Below the pieces are notes generated by a model, which saw only the letters and a list, made by a program, of their open reading frames with translations, searched no databases and was not told the DNA's origin. From Bacilli bacterium (GTDB lineage: Bacteria; Bacillota_I; Bacilli_A; RF39; UBA660): a DNA stretch of 64,000 nucleotides. The stretch is from NCBI GenBank assembly GCA_900769695.1, contig CAAGHO010000055.1, forward strand, positions 2,900 through 66,899, written 5' to 3'. A program made the translations under genes and the position numbers. Shown here piece by piece: positions 25,320 to 36,129 of this stretch (positions are counted from its first letter, which is position 1; each line of letters begins with the position of its first letter).

Positions 25320-26321
25320 TTAGTCTTCTTCTAATTCACTTGGTTTTTCTAATAAAATTCCAGTTCCTTCTACAACACATGTAAGTGGTGAATCTGCAAT
25401 TAAAACTGGAACTTCTAATTCTTTTGATAATAAATCTGTTAATCCCTTTAACATTGCTCCTCCACCAGTTAAAACAATACCCTTGTTAACAATATCAGCA
25501 GAAAGTTCAGGTGGTGTTTGCTCTAGAACGGTAGTGGCAGCCTTAACAATTTTATATACGCTTTCTTTTAAAGCTTCTTCTGTTTCTTCTTGATTAATTG
25601 TTATCATATGAGGAAGACCTGTTATTAAGTTTCTTCCTTTTACTTCTAAAGTTTGTTTTTTATCCGCATTGTAACAACAAGCAAAATCTATTTTAATTTT
25701 TTCTGCTGTTCTTTCACCAATTAACAATTTATATTTATCTCTAATATATTTTATAATATCATGATCAAAAACATTTCCAGCTATTCTAACAGAAGCACTA
25801 GTTACAATATCTCCTAAGGAAAGTACTGCTATATCTGTAGTTCCTCCACCAATATCAATAACAATATTAGCACTTGGTTTTGATATATCCATCCCAGCAC
25901 CTATCGCAGCTACTTTTGGTTCTTCTTCTATAAATACACGTCTTGCCCCTGTTCTTTCAGCAGCTTCTTTAATTGCATTTTTTTCTACTTGAGTTATATT
26001 TGAGGGACAACATATTAAGATTCTTGGTCTAGTTAAAAACGATTTTGCTTTTACTTTCTTTATAAATGAATTAAGCATGATTTCAGTAACTTCAAAATCT
26101 GCTATTACACCATCTTTCATAGGTTTTATTGCTTTTACTTTTCCTGGAGTTCTTCCTAACATTTCATTTGCTTCACTACCAACAGCAATAACTTTCTTTG
26201 TTTCTGTATCAATTGCTACTATGCTTGGTTCATTTAATACTATACCTTGACCTTTGATGTATATTAATACATTAGCTGTTCCTAAATCTATTCCTATATC
26301 TTTTGATAACACCAAAATCAC
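25320..26321 (-). CDS. mreB: rod shape-determining protein MreB/Mbl
   Basis: DIGIDLGTANVLIY, VIDIGGGTTD, GIVLTGGGAML. Confidence 0.93.
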   Translation of the reverse strand: MILVLSKDIGIDLGTANVLIYIKGQGIVLNEPSIVAIDTETKKVIAVGSEANEMLGRTPGKVKAIKPMKDGVIADFEVTEIMLNSFIKKVKAKSFLTRPRILICCPSNITQVEKNAIKEAAERTGARRVFIEEEPKVAAIGAGMDISKPSANIVIDIGGGTTDIAVLSLGDIVTSASVRIAGNVFDHDIIKYIRDKYKLLIGERTAEKIKIDFACCYNADKKQTLEVKGRNLITGLPHMITINQEETEEALKESVYKIVKAATTVLEQTPPELSADIVNKGIVLTGGGAMLKGLTDLLSKELEVPVLIADSPLTCVVEGTGILLEKPSELEED

Positions 26322-26457
26322 TTCCTTTTCTAATCATTATTTATTTTACCATAAAATCACGATTTTATAGTTATTTTTTCATATTTTTTTAGACTTTATT
26401 TATATCTATCTATAATATATGAATTTGGTTCAAAAAAAAAGAACTTTTTTAATAATT

Positions 26458-27105
26458 TTATTGTTCTTTCTTGATTTCTTTATCTACATAAAGACTTGGA
26501 TCTACTACTTGTCCATTAACATAAACTTCAAAATGTAAGTGATTTCCCATATCTTTGTCTAATTTGTTAGTTCCACTTTTTCCTATTATTTGTCCTTGTG
26601 TTACCATATCATCTTTTTTAATTGATACTTCACTTAAACTTTGATAAGTAGTTACGTAGTTATTATCATGTTTTATTTCAACAACGTTACCTAAAATATC
26701 ATCTTGTTTTACACTTACTACAGTTCCACTTAAAACTGCTACTACATCAAAAGTTTCATTTAAAGTATAATCAATTCCTGAATTTTGAATATAGCTACCA
26801 TCATAATAAGTTATTGAACCTTCTTGGGCTTTACTTTCAGCTTTATAGTCGTAATATGATTTTCCAACCTTTACATTTTCATTAGTATATGGTTTTAACA
26901 TTTTAGTAACTTCATTAATTACTGGAACATCTTCGCTTAAGATTGTATTGGATACATAGGTATAATCTGGTGTTGAATAATCCTTATTTTTACTTAATTC
27001 TTTAGTGATTAGTGCTCCTCCAACTATAATTGATGAAAATAGAACAACATATAAACATGGAATTACATAAGATTTTAATCTCAATCTCTTTTTCATTTTC
27101 TTCAC
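26458..27105 (-). CDS. membrane-anchored M23/LytM-domain protein with degenerate first metal ligand (SpoIIQ-like)
   Basis: N-terminal TM (VIPCLYVVLFSSIIVGGALI). LytM domain with NSGID in place of HxGxD but HLHFEV retained. Sits beside mbl, as spoIIQ does in some clostridia. Confidence 0.5.
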   Translation of the reverse strand: MKKMKKRLRLKSYVIPCLYVVLFSSIIVGGALITKELSKNKDYSTPDYTYVSNTILSEDVPVINEVTKMLKPYTNENVKVGKSYYDYKAESKAQEGSITYYDGSYIQNSGIDYTLNETFDVVAVLSGTVVSVKQDDILGNVVEIKHDNNYVTTYQSLSEVSIKKDDMVTQGQIIGKSGTNKLDKDMGNHLHFEVYVNGQVVDPSLYVDKEIKKEQ

Positions 27106-27147
27106 CTCATTTAAAGTTTGAGCAAAAAAAAAGAATTTATACTTCTT

Positions 27148-27345
27148 TTAAAAAAATTTTATAGAAGTATATAAATCCATAAAGAAATTTGTTACTAAGT
27201 ATATTAAAGAAATACCTAATAAAAAGTAAAATATTCGTGCTTGAAAAACTCTATTTTTTTTAAAAATTTGATTTATATTAACTGATTCCATTGACCATAT
27301 TACTAAGATTGTTGAAATTATATATATTAAGAATTTTCCCTTCAT
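27148..27345 (-). CDS. DUF1146 (YwzB-like) small membrane protein
   Basis: 65 aa, two TMs. KKNRVFQARIFYFLLGISLIYLVTNFFMD resembles B. subtilis YwzB. Confidence 0.65.
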   Translation of the reverse strand: MKGKFLIYIISTILVIWSMESVNINQIFKKNRVFQARIFYFLLGISLIYLVTNFFMDLYTSIKFF

Positions 27346-27347
27346 TA

Positions 27348-27785
27348 TTATTTTTCCTCGTATTCTTTTATTTTATTTATTCTTCTTAGATGTCTTTCTT
27401 CATTAGAAAAAGGTGTTTCAATAAAAGTTTTTACTATTTCTAATGCTTCTTCTTTAATTGTTTTTTCACTAAAAGCTACTATATTTGAATCATTATCATT
27501 TCTCGTATAATATGCTTCTTCTTTATTACTTACTTTAGCACAACGCACACCTTTTACTTTGTTACAAGCAATAGATATTCCTATACCAGAACCACAGATT
27601 GCTACTCCAAAATCAACATTTTTATTAACTACATTTTCACCTAAGATAAAAGCATAGTCTGGATAATCAACAGACTCTTCTGAATAAGTTCCATAATCTT
27701 CTATTTCATAATTTTTTTCTAACTCTTCTATTAAATATTTTTTTAATTGATAACCTCTATGATCACTAGCAAATCCTATTTTCAT
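27348..27785 (-). CDS. rpiB: ribose-5-phosphate isomerase B
   Basis: MKIGFASDHRGYQLK...GVAICGSGIGISIACNKVKGVRCA. Confidence 0.9.
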   Translation of the reverse strand: MKIGFASDHRGYQLKKYLIEELEKNYEIEDYGTYSEESVDYPDYAFILGENVVNKNVDFGVAICGSGIGISIACNKVKGVRCAKVSNKEEAYYTRNDNDSNIVAFSEKTIKEEALEIVKTFIETPFSNEERHLRRINKIKEYEEK

Positions 27786-27836
27786 AATCTCCTCCTTATA
27801 GTTATTATAACATAAATAAAAAAGAAAAACAGCTAA

Positions 27837-28055
27837 CTAAGCAGCTGTTTCATCTTGAGTAAATCCATACTTCTTATTAAATTTGTCAACACGTCCAGCA
27901 CGTGAAGCTCCTCTTTGTTTTCCAGTATAGAATGGATGACATTTTGAACAAACTTCAACAGTGATTGAATCTTTATTTGATTTTGTAGTAAATGTTTCTC
28001 CACATGCACAAGTTACTGTACATTCTTTATAATCTGGATGAATTCCTTTTTTCAT
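27837..28055 (-). CDS. rpmE: 50S ribosomal protein L31 (Cys-containing type A)
   Basis: [22 protein letters not shown]...[13 protein letters not shown]. The start at 28055 follows a GGAAGGAGAG RBS. Confidence 0.93.
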   Translation of the reverse strand: MKKGIHPDYKECTVTCACGETFTTKSNKDSITVEVCSKCHPFYTGKQRGASRAGRVDKFNKKYGFTQDETAA

Positions 28056-28151
28056 ATTTTTCTCTCCTTCCGCCATGATTACATAATAATCATAGTAATT
28101 AAATGCATAAGTAGTATATCAATTATTTCTTGTTTTTGCAAGCTTTTCTTA

Positions 28152-28871
28152 CTAAAAATCACCATTTTGAACTATATTATTAAAAATTTCTTTATATCCT
28201 TCTTTATTTGGATAAATTGTATTAGGATTTTCCAAATATTTATTAATATTTTTATTTATATTATTATTATCCACAAAAGTTATATTATTTTTTGAACAAA
28301 TCTGTTTATATTTTTCATTAAGTTTATCTAATAATTTTTTTTCAACAGAATTTTGGGGATAAAAGTTATAATAACCTATCAAGTAGACATCTCCTTGACA
28401 GTATTTTTTAATTTCTTTAATCACATCATCTAGTTTTTCCACAATTTCTGTTAATATTTTGTTTTTCTCATAATCTGTTAAATTATTTTTATTCTCAAAA
28501 TAGTATCTAAAATCATTAATTCCCACAGATATTGTTAATAAATCTGTTTCTCTTAAAACTTGTTTTAAATTATGATTATCTTTGTCCTTTATATTTATTA
28601 ATATATCATTTTTTAAATCTTTAATCATCATATTATCATCTGAAAACCCATTATAAAATTTTCTTAATTGATTCTTTTTCTTAAGATAGTCTGCCAAAAA
28701 GTCACTGTAGGCATAATCATTATTTAAATATGGATTTAGTCCACTAGCAAAACCATCACCTAAAGATGTATAAATAATTTTTTTGTTTCCCACTCCTATA
28801 TAAATTAAATAGATTGCTAAAAAGGTTAAGATAAATACAATTAATTTAAGATGTTTTTTTATAAATTTCAT
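28152..28871 (-). CDS. SGNH/GDSL-family hydrolase, membrane-anchored or secreted
   Basis: N-terminal TM, block I YTSLGDGFASG, block III SVGINDF. Confidence 0.65.
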   Translation of the reverse strand: MKFIKKHLKLIVFILTFLAIYLIYIGVGNKKIIYTSLGDGFASGLNPYLNNDYAYSDFLADYLKKKNQLRKFYNGFSDDNMMIKDLKNDILINIKDKDNHNLKQVLRETDLLTISVGINDFRYYFENKNNLTDYEKNKILTEIVEKLDDVIKEIKKYCQGDVYLIGYYNFYPQNSVEKKLLDKLNEKYKQICSKNNITFVDNNNINKNINKYLENPNTIYPNKEGYKEIFNNIVQNGDF

Positions 28872-28907
28872 TTTTCCTCCAAAAAAAAGAATAAAGCTAT
28901 ATATTAA

Positions 28908-30161
28908 TTATATTTCTTTACTCTCAATTTTAGCACCTACATCTTTTAATTTAGAAACTATATTTTCATACCCTCTTAAAATATGTTCAACATTTGTTAT
29001 TGTGGTTTTTCCTTCTGCGATTAGGGCTGCTGCTACCATCGCTGCTCCTGCACGTAAATCAGTTGCGACAACACTTGTTCCTTTTAGCTTTGTTGGACCT
29101 ATTATTGTTGCTGTTTGATTCTTTATTGTAATATCAGCTCCTAATTGATTTAAATATGCTATATGCATAAATCTATTTTCCCAGATTGTTTCTTCTACTT
29201 TACTTTTTCCACTACATTGTGTTAATAAAACTGTAAACGGTTGTTGTAAGTCTGTTGGAAATCCTGGATAAACGCTTGTTTTAATATTTGTTGGTTTGGT
29301 AATTTTTTCTTTGCTTACTATTACATAATCACTACCTATTTCCAAATCAACACCAATTTCTTGTAATTTTGATAATAATGAATCTACATGTTCTGGAATA
29401 ATGTTATCTATTTTTAAACGAGATCCACATAATGCTCCTATTATTATATAAGTTCCTGCTTCTATTCTATCTGGTATTACTTCATGAAAACATCCATGAA
29501 GTTTTTCTACTCCTTCTATTTTTATCGTTGAAGTTCCTGCTCCTGTTATCTTTGCTCCCATATTATTTAAGAATGTTGCTACATTTACTATCTCTGGTTC
29601 TTTTGCTGCATTATCTATTATTGTTTGTCCTTTTGCTTTTACTGCTGCTAACATAATATTAATAGTTGCTCCTACTGATGCAAAATCTAAATATATATTT
29701 GCTCCTTTTAATTCTTCTGCTTCTACTATATATTTATTGTTCTCATTAGTTACTTTTGCTCCTAAGGCTTCGAATCCTTTTAAATGTAAATTTATTGGTC
29801 TTGCTCCTATTGAGCATCCTCCTGGAAAATACATTACAGCTTTCTTATATTTTCCTAGTAATGCTCCCATAAAATAATAAGATGCTCTTAATTTTTTTGA
29901 GAATTCTTCCTTTATTTCTGTATTTTGCATCTTTTCTGCATTTATTAAAACACTTTCACTAGCTCTTTTTACATCTACATTTAATTCTTCTAATATTTCA
30001 CATAATGCATCTGTATCTGTTATTTCTGGAACATTACATATTGTTACTTCGTCATCTGAAAGAATTGCTGCCGGAATTAAAGCAACACATGAATTCTTTG
30101 CACCACTAATTCTAATAGTACCTGATAATTCTCTTTGTCCTTCTATCTCTAAAATTTTCAT
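28908..30161 (-). CDS. murA: UDP-N-acetylglucosamine 1-carboxyvinyltransferase
   Basis: ISGAKNS and the catalytic Cys in PGGCSIGARPINLH. The start at 30161 follows a GAGG RBS. Confidence 0.95.
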   Translation of the reverse strand: MKILEIEGQRELSGTIRISGAKNSCVALIPAAILSDDEVTICNVPEITDTDALCEILEELNVDVKRASESVLINAEKMQNTEIKEEFSKKLRASYYFMGALLGKYKKAVMYFPGGCSIGARPINLHLKGFEALGAKVTNENNKYIVEAEELKGANIYLDFASVGATINIMLAAVKAKGQTIIDNAAKEPEIVNVATFLNNMGAKITGAGTSTIKIEGVEKLHGCFHEVIPDRIEAGTYIIIGALCGSRLKIDNIIPEHVDSLLSKLQEIGVDLEIGSDYVIVSKEKITKPTNIKTSVYPGFPTDLQQPFTVLLTQCSGKSKVEETIWENRFMHIAYLNQLGADITIKNQTATIIGPTKLKGTSVVATDLRAGAAMVAAALIAEGKTTITNVEHILRGYENIVSKLKDVGAKIESKEI

Positions 30162-30287
30162 CTTATACCTCACTACTTGTTTATTATATTTTACTCTTTA
30201 TTGCTAAAGTAGTTACTTTTTATAACTATCTAAGATTAATTATAGAGAAAATACTTAACTTAGTCAACAACTAGGAAGTAAAGATTT

Positions 30288-30824
30288 TTATGTAAATAAG
30301 TATTTCAAAGCAAATATTAAAAGAATGATAATTCCAATAGCTTTACCTATCTTACCTGTTTTACTACTTAAATAGTTACCTAATAATAATCCTGATATAG
30401 TAAAAGTAAAACTGACTATAGAAAATATTAATCCTGCTTCTATTACATTATAGTTTTCAAAACTTAAAACCATTCCTAAAGTGAAACTATCTATGGAAAC
30501 AGCTATTGCAAAGAAAAACATTTCTAAATAATTGTTAATCGATTTGACCTCTTCTTTTTCATTAAAAGATAAAAGCATTTGAATTGCTAATACGAAGAAA
30601 ACAACAGCTGTTATAAAATTACCGTAGATTGTAAATCCTTGAAGAAACTTCCCACCTAATATGCTTCCTAAATTAGGCATAATAAAATGTAAAACCCCAA
30701 CCATCAAACTTAATATAAATGCATTTTTCTTGCTTATTTTATTGGTACCATAGACAATCGCTAGAGAAAAAGCATCCATACTTAAACTAACACCCATAAA
30801 AAAATATAATAGAATTAAAGACAT
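30288..30824 (-). CDS. mntP: manganese efflux pump MntP family
   Basis: 178 aa, 6 TMs, with duplicated SMDAFS/SIDSFT motifs. Confidence 0.8.
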   Translation of the reverse strand: MSLILLYFFMGVSLSMDAFSLAIVYGTNKISKKNAFILSLMVGVLHFIMPNLGSILGGKFLQGFTIYGNFITAVVFFVLAIQMLLSFNEKEEVKSINNYLEMFFFAIAVSIDSFTLGMVLSFENYNVIEAGLIFSIVSFTFTISGLLLGNYLSSKTGKIGKAIGIIILLIFALKYLFT

Positions 30825-30858
30825 ATTATCACCTTTTATATTCTATTATATTTATAAA

Positions 30859-31380
30859 TTAAAAATACTTATCTATGATTTCTTTAATAAAAGATTTATA
30901 TTCTACTTCATCCTTATCAGATTCCTCTGCTTCTAAAAGACATAATGGTGGAAATAAAACACACCAGAAATTTTCTCCTTTTCCTTCTCCTAACTTAACG
31001 ACTAAAGATTCATAATTTCCTTCTTTATAAGTTACTCCTTTATAATGTTTTTCTGGAAAATAGTTATTTCCATAATTAACGTCTACATCTATATCATAAT
31101 TTTCTTTTTTTGCTTCTTCACTTACTACTGCTTTAAAAGTTGGAATATTTTCTTTTAATTTGATTCTTGCATCATCTATAGAATTACTTGTTCTTAAAAC
31201 TGTTGAAATATTAGTAGATAGCTTTTTAGCTATTTTCTTTTTATTTGTTTGATCTAGATTACTATTACTGTTAGCAATTACTCTAAAGCGAATTGCTTCA
31301 TCTGGAATTATTACCTTTTCACTAGTTTTTGTAATTGTAATTATTAAAATTAATCCTAAAATTAGAAATGTTTTTTTCAT
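30859..31380 (-). CDS. spoIIR: stage II sporulation protein R
   Basis: Signal-anchor sequence, IRFRVIANSNSNLDQTNKKKI and FWCVLFPPLCL hallmark motifs. Positioned after prmC as in Bacillus. Confidence 0.85.
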   Translation of the reverse strand: MKKTFLILGLILIITITKTSEKVIIPDEAIRFRVIANSNSNLDQTNKKKIAKKLSTNISTVLRTSNSIDDARIKLKENIPTFKAVVSEEAKKENYDIDVDVNYGNNYFPEKHYKGVTYKEGNYESLVVKLGEGKGENFWCVLFPPLCLLEAEESDKDEVEYKSFIKEIIDKYF

Positions 31381-31426
31381 TTAAAAAACCACCTTTCATC
31401 ATAATAGTGGTTTCTTTTTAAGAATT

Positions 31427-32248
31427 TTATTCACTTTTTAAAATAAAAATCATTCTATCTTTTAAAGATAGGTCTTTTTTTGCTTCAATTACTACATTTT
31501 TAAGATTAGAATTTACAATATTTATTATATCGTCTTTTTGAAGATAACCTATTTCAAAGGCAATTAACCCTGGTATATTTAAATGTTTTTCTATATCTTT
31601 TAAAATTCTTCTGTAATAATCCAAACCGTCAAGACCTCCATATAAAGCTAGATGAGGTTCATTATTTTTAACGATATCTTCAATCTCTTCATCTTCTCTT
31701 ATATATGGTGGATTACTAATAATAATATCGTATTTAGAATTTATGTTTTCAAATAAATCACTTTCTATAATATTAACGTCTAAACCTAAACTTTCAGCAT
31801 TTTTTCTAGTTACTTCTAAAGCTTCTTTACTAATATCTAATAAGTCAACACTACTATCTGGTAGTTTTTGTTTTAAAGTCAAACCAATTACTCCACTACC
31901 GCAACCTATATCTAATATCTTTGCTTTTCCATTAAATATTTCTTTAGCATATCTAATTGTATTTTCAACTAATTCTTCAGTTTCAAATCTTGGTATTAAG
32001 ACATTTTCATTAACAAGAAAGGTATTTCCATAAAAATTAACATTACCAATTACATATTGTAGTGGTTTACCATCTTTTAAAGCTAAAATTTCTTTTTTAA
32101 ATAGTTCTTCTTTTTCAGAATCTACTATATCATTCAAATGATTTAATAATTCTAAGGGATTAAGATTTAGTAAATCTGCAAGTAAAAACTTAACATGATT
32201 TGAATGACAATAGCTTTTTCCATATATTAATAAATCTTCTACTCTCAT
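31427..32248 (-). CDS. prmC: release-factor glutamine N5-methyltransferase
   Basis: DIGCGSG SAM motif and the NPPY catalytic motif. Immediately downstream of prfA. Confidence 0.92.
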   Translation of the reverse strand: MRVEDLLIYGKSYCHSNHVKFLLADLLNLNPLELLNHLNDIVDSEKEELFKKEILALKDGKPLQYVIGNVNFYGNTFLVNENVLIPRFETEELVENTIRYAKEIFNGKAKILDIGCGSGVIGLTLKQKLPDSSVDLLDISKEALEVTRKNAESLGLDVNIIESDLFENINSKYDIIISNPPYIREDEEIEDIVKNNEPHLALYGGLDGLDYYRRILKDIEKHLNIPGLIAFEIGYLQKDDIINIVNSNLKNVVIEAKKDLSLKDRMIFILKSE

Positions 32249-32250
32249 AA

Positions 32251-33315
32251 TTATTCTTCAGGCTGTTCCATTTTTCTTTTTTGATCTTCTGAAATTAAAG
32301 CATTAATTATATCATCTAAATCTCCATCCATAACACGATCTAATTGTTTTGTTGTAAAACCAATTCTATGGTCTGTTACTCTGTTTTGTGGATAATTGTA
32401 TGTTCTTATCTTTTCAGCACGATCACCTGTACCTATTTTATTTCTTCTTTCGGCACCTTGCTCTTCTTCTTGTTTTTGTAATTGTTGTTCATAAAGTCTT
32501 GCTTTTAAAACTTTCATAGCTTGTTCTTTATTTTGAATTTGACTTCTTTCATTTTGACAAGTTACAACTGTATTTGTTGGTAAGTGAGTAATTCTTACTG
32601 CTGAATCTGTTGTATTTACACCTTGTCCTCCACAACCACTTGATCTATAAATATCTATTCTTAAATCACTTGGATTGATAACAATATCAACATCGTCATC
32701 TACTTCTGGCATTACAAGAACTGTGGCAGTTGATGTTTGAAGTCTACCATTAGATTCTGTTACAGGAACTCTTTGAACTCTGTGAGAACCACTTTCATAT
32801 TTTAATAGGGAATAAGCTCCTTCTCCTTTAATTAAAAATTCAATTTGACTGAATCCTCCAGCAGTTCCATCTACTGAGTTATATACTTTGTATGAAAATC
32901 CTTTTTTTTCAGCATAACGAGTATACATTCTAAATAAGTCGCCCGCAAAAATATTAGCTTCATCTCCACCTGCAGCTCCACGAATTTCAATAACAACATT
33001 TTTATCATCATTAGGGTCTTTTGGTATTAATAAAACTTCTAATTCACTATCTAGAGCTTCTTTTTCTGATGTTAGTCTTTTTAAATCATCTTTGGCAATT
33101 TCAGAAAGTTCTGGATCTTTTACCATTTCTTCTGTTTCCTCAATATCAGTTAAAACTTTCTTATACTTTTTATAACAAGTAACTAACTCCTCTAAGCTAG
33201 ACATTTCTTTTGATAATTCTCTAGTTTTCTTAATATCACTTAATACTTCTGGCTTAGTTAATTCTTCTTCTATTGATTCATATCTTGTTAAAGTTGCTTC
33301 TAATCTATCGATCAT
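32251..33315 (-). CDS. prfA: peptide chain release factor 1
   Basis: The PVT tripeptide motif (QRVPVTES) and GGQ (RSSGCGGQGVNTTDSAVRITH). Confidence 0.96.
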   Translation of the reverse strand: MIDRLEATLTRYESIEEELTKPEVLSDIKKTRELSKEMSSLEELVTCYKKYKKVLTDIEETEEMVKDPELSEIAKDDLKRLTSEKEALDSELEVLLIPKDPNDDKNVVIEIRGAAGGDEANIFAGDLFRMYTRYAEKKGFSYKVYNSVDGTAGGFSQIEFLIKGEGAYSLLKYESGSHRVQRVPVTESNGRLQTSTATVLVMPEVDDDVDIVINPSDLRIDIYRSSGCGGQGVNTTDSAVRITHLPTNTVVTCQNERSQIQNKEQAMKVLKARLYEQQLQKQEEEQGAERRNKIGTGDRAEKIRTYNYPQNRVTDHRIGFTTKQLDRVMDGDLDDIINALISEDQKRKMEQPEE

Positions 33316-33374
33316 AAAATCATCCTTTCATAAGTCAAACATATTATATCATATTCTAAATATAAAAACTAGAA

Positions 33375-33830
33375 TTATTGTTCTAATTCTAGTTCATCTT
33401 CGTCTATAACTACTAAATCTTTCAAATCATCATCGCTATCATCATAAATGTCATCGTCATCGTCTGTATCATCATAATTATCTTCTTCTATTTCATCATT
33501 TATATCATCCTTAGAATCTTCATCTTCTTCGGATTCATCTTCATCATCATCTGTATCCATTACTTTTACAACTTTATCTGATGTATGACGACTTCTTAAA
33601 TCCCAAGTACCATCTTCTAACATTATAAATCTTTTATCTGTCGCTAAAGAAGTATAATAATCTCCTATCTTAGCATCAAAGCTAGATTCAGGTAACTCAA
33701 GTAATTTGATGATTTTCTTGAATAAATCTGCTGTATTGATTGATTTATTAGCATCTTCCAATAAGTAATATGTAATATCTTTATTTGATAATAATTCTAA
33801 TTCATCTTTTGACATTTTATTTATATTCAT
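33375..33830 (-). CDS. rpoE: DNA-directed RNA polymerase delta subunit
   Basis: N-terminal HARE-HTH-like domain (FKKIIKLL...IGDYYTSLATDKRFIMLEDGTWDL) plus a poly-acidic C-terminal tail. Confidence 0.85.
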   Translation of the reverse strand: MNINKMSKDELELLSNKDITYYLLEDANKSINTADLFKKIIKLLELPESSFDAKIGDYYTSLATDKRFIMLEDGTWDLRSRHTSDKVVKVMDTDDDEDESEEDEDSKDDINDEIEEDNYDDTDDDDDIYDDSDDDLKDLVVIDEDELELEQ

Positions 33831-33938
33831 ATAAATCCTCCTAATTAAAGCATTATATGCAACTGCATTGCTTTTTGATAGTAATTAATTTTGTCAAATA
33901 AACTTATAACATATATTCTAACCAATTACAATATATTT

Positions 33939-35687
33939 TTACATTTTTTCTGGAACTTTTAATCCAAGTGTATCTAATAATAGTAAATTTGTCTTATAAA
34001 CTATATCTGTTAATACTAACCAAGATTCTTTTAATAGTGCATCTTCTTCTAATAAAATTTTATTATCAGCATAGAAAGTATTATATTTACTAGTCAATGT
34101 ATATAAATACTCTGCTATATCATTTAAAGATTTTGCTTCATATGCTTTTGTAAGTGTAATTGGTAGTTTTAAAAGAGTTAGTAATATTTCTCTATCTGTT
34201 TGATTTCCTATTTTACTATATGTTTCTTTTTTCTCTTCTTTTCCTTTTTCTAAAAGAGATTTCATTCTAATTGTTGAATATAAAATATATGGACCAGTTT
34301 TTCCTTCTACATCTGCAAATTTTGCAGGGTTAAAAATATAGTCTGTTCCTCTAAATGGTAAAAAGTCGGCATATTTTAAAGTTGCCATAGATATTATATT
34401 TATTGTTTCATCTAATTTTTCTTCTTTTACAATATCATAATTAATTCTCTTTTTAGTTTCTTCTTTTATTAAATCCATTAATGCTTTTAAAGACATAACT
34501 CCACCATCTCTAGTTTTAAATGGTTTTCCATCTAATCCATTCATTGTCCCAAAACCAATATACTCTAATTTTACGTTAGAATCTACTAATTCTGCTTTTC
34601 TACTAGCACGGAATACTTGTTCAAAGTGAAGTTGTTGTCTTAGGTCTGCACAATACCAAATTTCATCTGGATTAAATTTCTTTTTTCTTTCTAAAATTGT
34701 CGCTAAATCTGTTGTTTCATATGAAATAGAGCCATTTGATTTAACTAATAATAGTGGTGGCATTGGTGAAGTTTCATCCTCTTCTTTAACCTCTACTATC
34801 TTGGCATTATCACTTAATTTTACTAAGTTCTTAGAATTCATTATTTCTAGTAATTCTGGAACGTATTCAGCAGCATCGCTTTCGCCTTCCCATAAATCGT
34901 AACTTACATTTAAATTATCATATACTTGTTTTATTTCTTTTTTACTAATATCTACTACTTTTTTCCAAATATCATAATATCCTCTTTCATGATTTTGAAT
35001 TTTTGTAGTAATAATTCTTGCTTCTTCTAAGTATTCTTCATCTTCTTTTGCTTTAGTACTTGCTTCTGGATAGATTTTTTCTAAATCACTATTAGTAATT
35101 GGTAGGTCAACTAAAGTATAATCACCCTGATAAGCTTCGTCAAAAAAGGCAAGGTCAGGATATCTTTTCTTTAATTCTAGAACTACAAGTCCTAAAGGTC
35201 TACCATAATCACCTAAATGAGCATCACTAATTACTTCTTGTCCTAATAATTTAGCAAGTCGTTTTAATGCTTCTCCTAAATTAGCACTTCTTAAGTGTCC
35301 TACATGTAATGCTTTTGCAACATTTGCACCACCATAATCTAGCATAATTTTTTTATGTTCTTGCATATCAATATTATTTAAAATATCATCTTCCATACTA
35401 TTAACAAGATTAATTAAAAATTCATCCGAAAAACTTAGATTAATAAACCCAGGTCCAGCAATATTTATATTTGTAAATCTACTATCAGATTCTAAAACTT
35501 CCTTAATTTTACCTGCAATTACAATAGGACTTTCATGATAGATTTTAGCTAAAGACATCGCATCGTTTATTTGATAATCACCTAATTCTTTTAATTTTGA
35601 AGGTTGTAAAATAAATCTATCAATTTCATATCCAGCACTTTTTATAAGCTCTTTTATATCTTTTTCTACATTTTTAATAATACTCAT
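33939..35687 (-). CDS. argS: arginine--tRNA ligase
   Basis: 582 aa. HIGH-type HVGHLRS, a class I fold, and a DALR-type anticodon-binding C-terminus ending in M. Confidence 0.93.
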   Translation of the reverse strand: MSIIKNVEKDIKELIKSAGYEIDRFILQPSKLKELGDYQINDAMSLAKIYHESPIVIAGKIKEVLESDSRFTNINIAGPGFINLSFSDEFLINLVNSMEDDILNNIDMQEHKKIMLDYGGANVAKALHVGHLRSANLGEALKRLAKLLGQEVISDAHLGDYGRPLGLVVLELKKRYPDLAFFDEAYQGDYTLVDLPITNSDLEKIYPEASTKAKEDEEYLEEARIITTKIQNHERGYYDIWKKVVDISKKEIKQVYDNLNVSYDLWEGESDAAEYVPELLEIMNSKNLVKLSDNAKIVEVKEEDETSPMPPLLLVKSNGSISYETTDLATILERKKKFNPDEIWYCADLRQQLHFEQVFRASRKAELVDSNVKLEYIGFGTMNGLDGKPFKTRDGGVMSLKALMDLIKEETKKRINYDIVKEEKLDETINIISMATLKYADFLPFRGTDYIFNPAKFADVEGKTGPYILYSTIRMKSLLEKGKEEKKETYSKIGNQTDREILLTLLKLPITLTKAYEAKSLNDIAEYLYTLTSKYNTFYADNKILLEEDALLKESWLVLTDIVYKTNLLLLDTLGLKVPEKM

Positions 35688-35691
35688 ATTA

Positions 35692-36039
35692 TCACTCCAT
35701 CTCTATTAAATAGTTATAGCTATCATCATCTATTTGATACTCAATTTCTACTTTTTCATTTTCTACATTAAACTTATTAGTAATTAAATTAATATTAACA
35801 TTATTTTGTAACTCTTTGATAAAGACTACTCCTTGATTTTTAGAAAAATTATATTCTAAATAAATATCTTTATTATCTCTTATTAAAATTTTTTCATCTA
35901 GTGATAAAAAAACATTTGTATCAGAGTTTTTTTCAAAATAATTAATTTTATTATTTTTTATTGTTAGTAGTATATCATATTTAATGGTATTATCGTTTGT
36001 TTTTAAAGAAATTTTTGCATTTTTATTCATTTTCTGCAC
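35692..36039 (-). CDS. DUF1934 (YwiB-like) protein
   Basis: ~115-aa beta-rich protein directly upstream of argS, as ywiB is in Bacillus. Confidence 0.6.
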   Translation of the reverse strand: MQKMNKNAKISLKTNDNTIKYDILLTIKNNKINYFEKNSDTNVFLSLDEKILIRDNKDIYLEYNFSKNQGVVFIKELQNNVNINLITNKFNVENEKVEIEYQIDDDSYNYLIEME

Positions 36040-36129
36040 CTCTAAAATTTACATTTCAAATTATACCATAAAACTATCAATTTTAATACATATTTTGAAA
36101 GTTATTCTTTCATACTAAATTTAGGAGGA

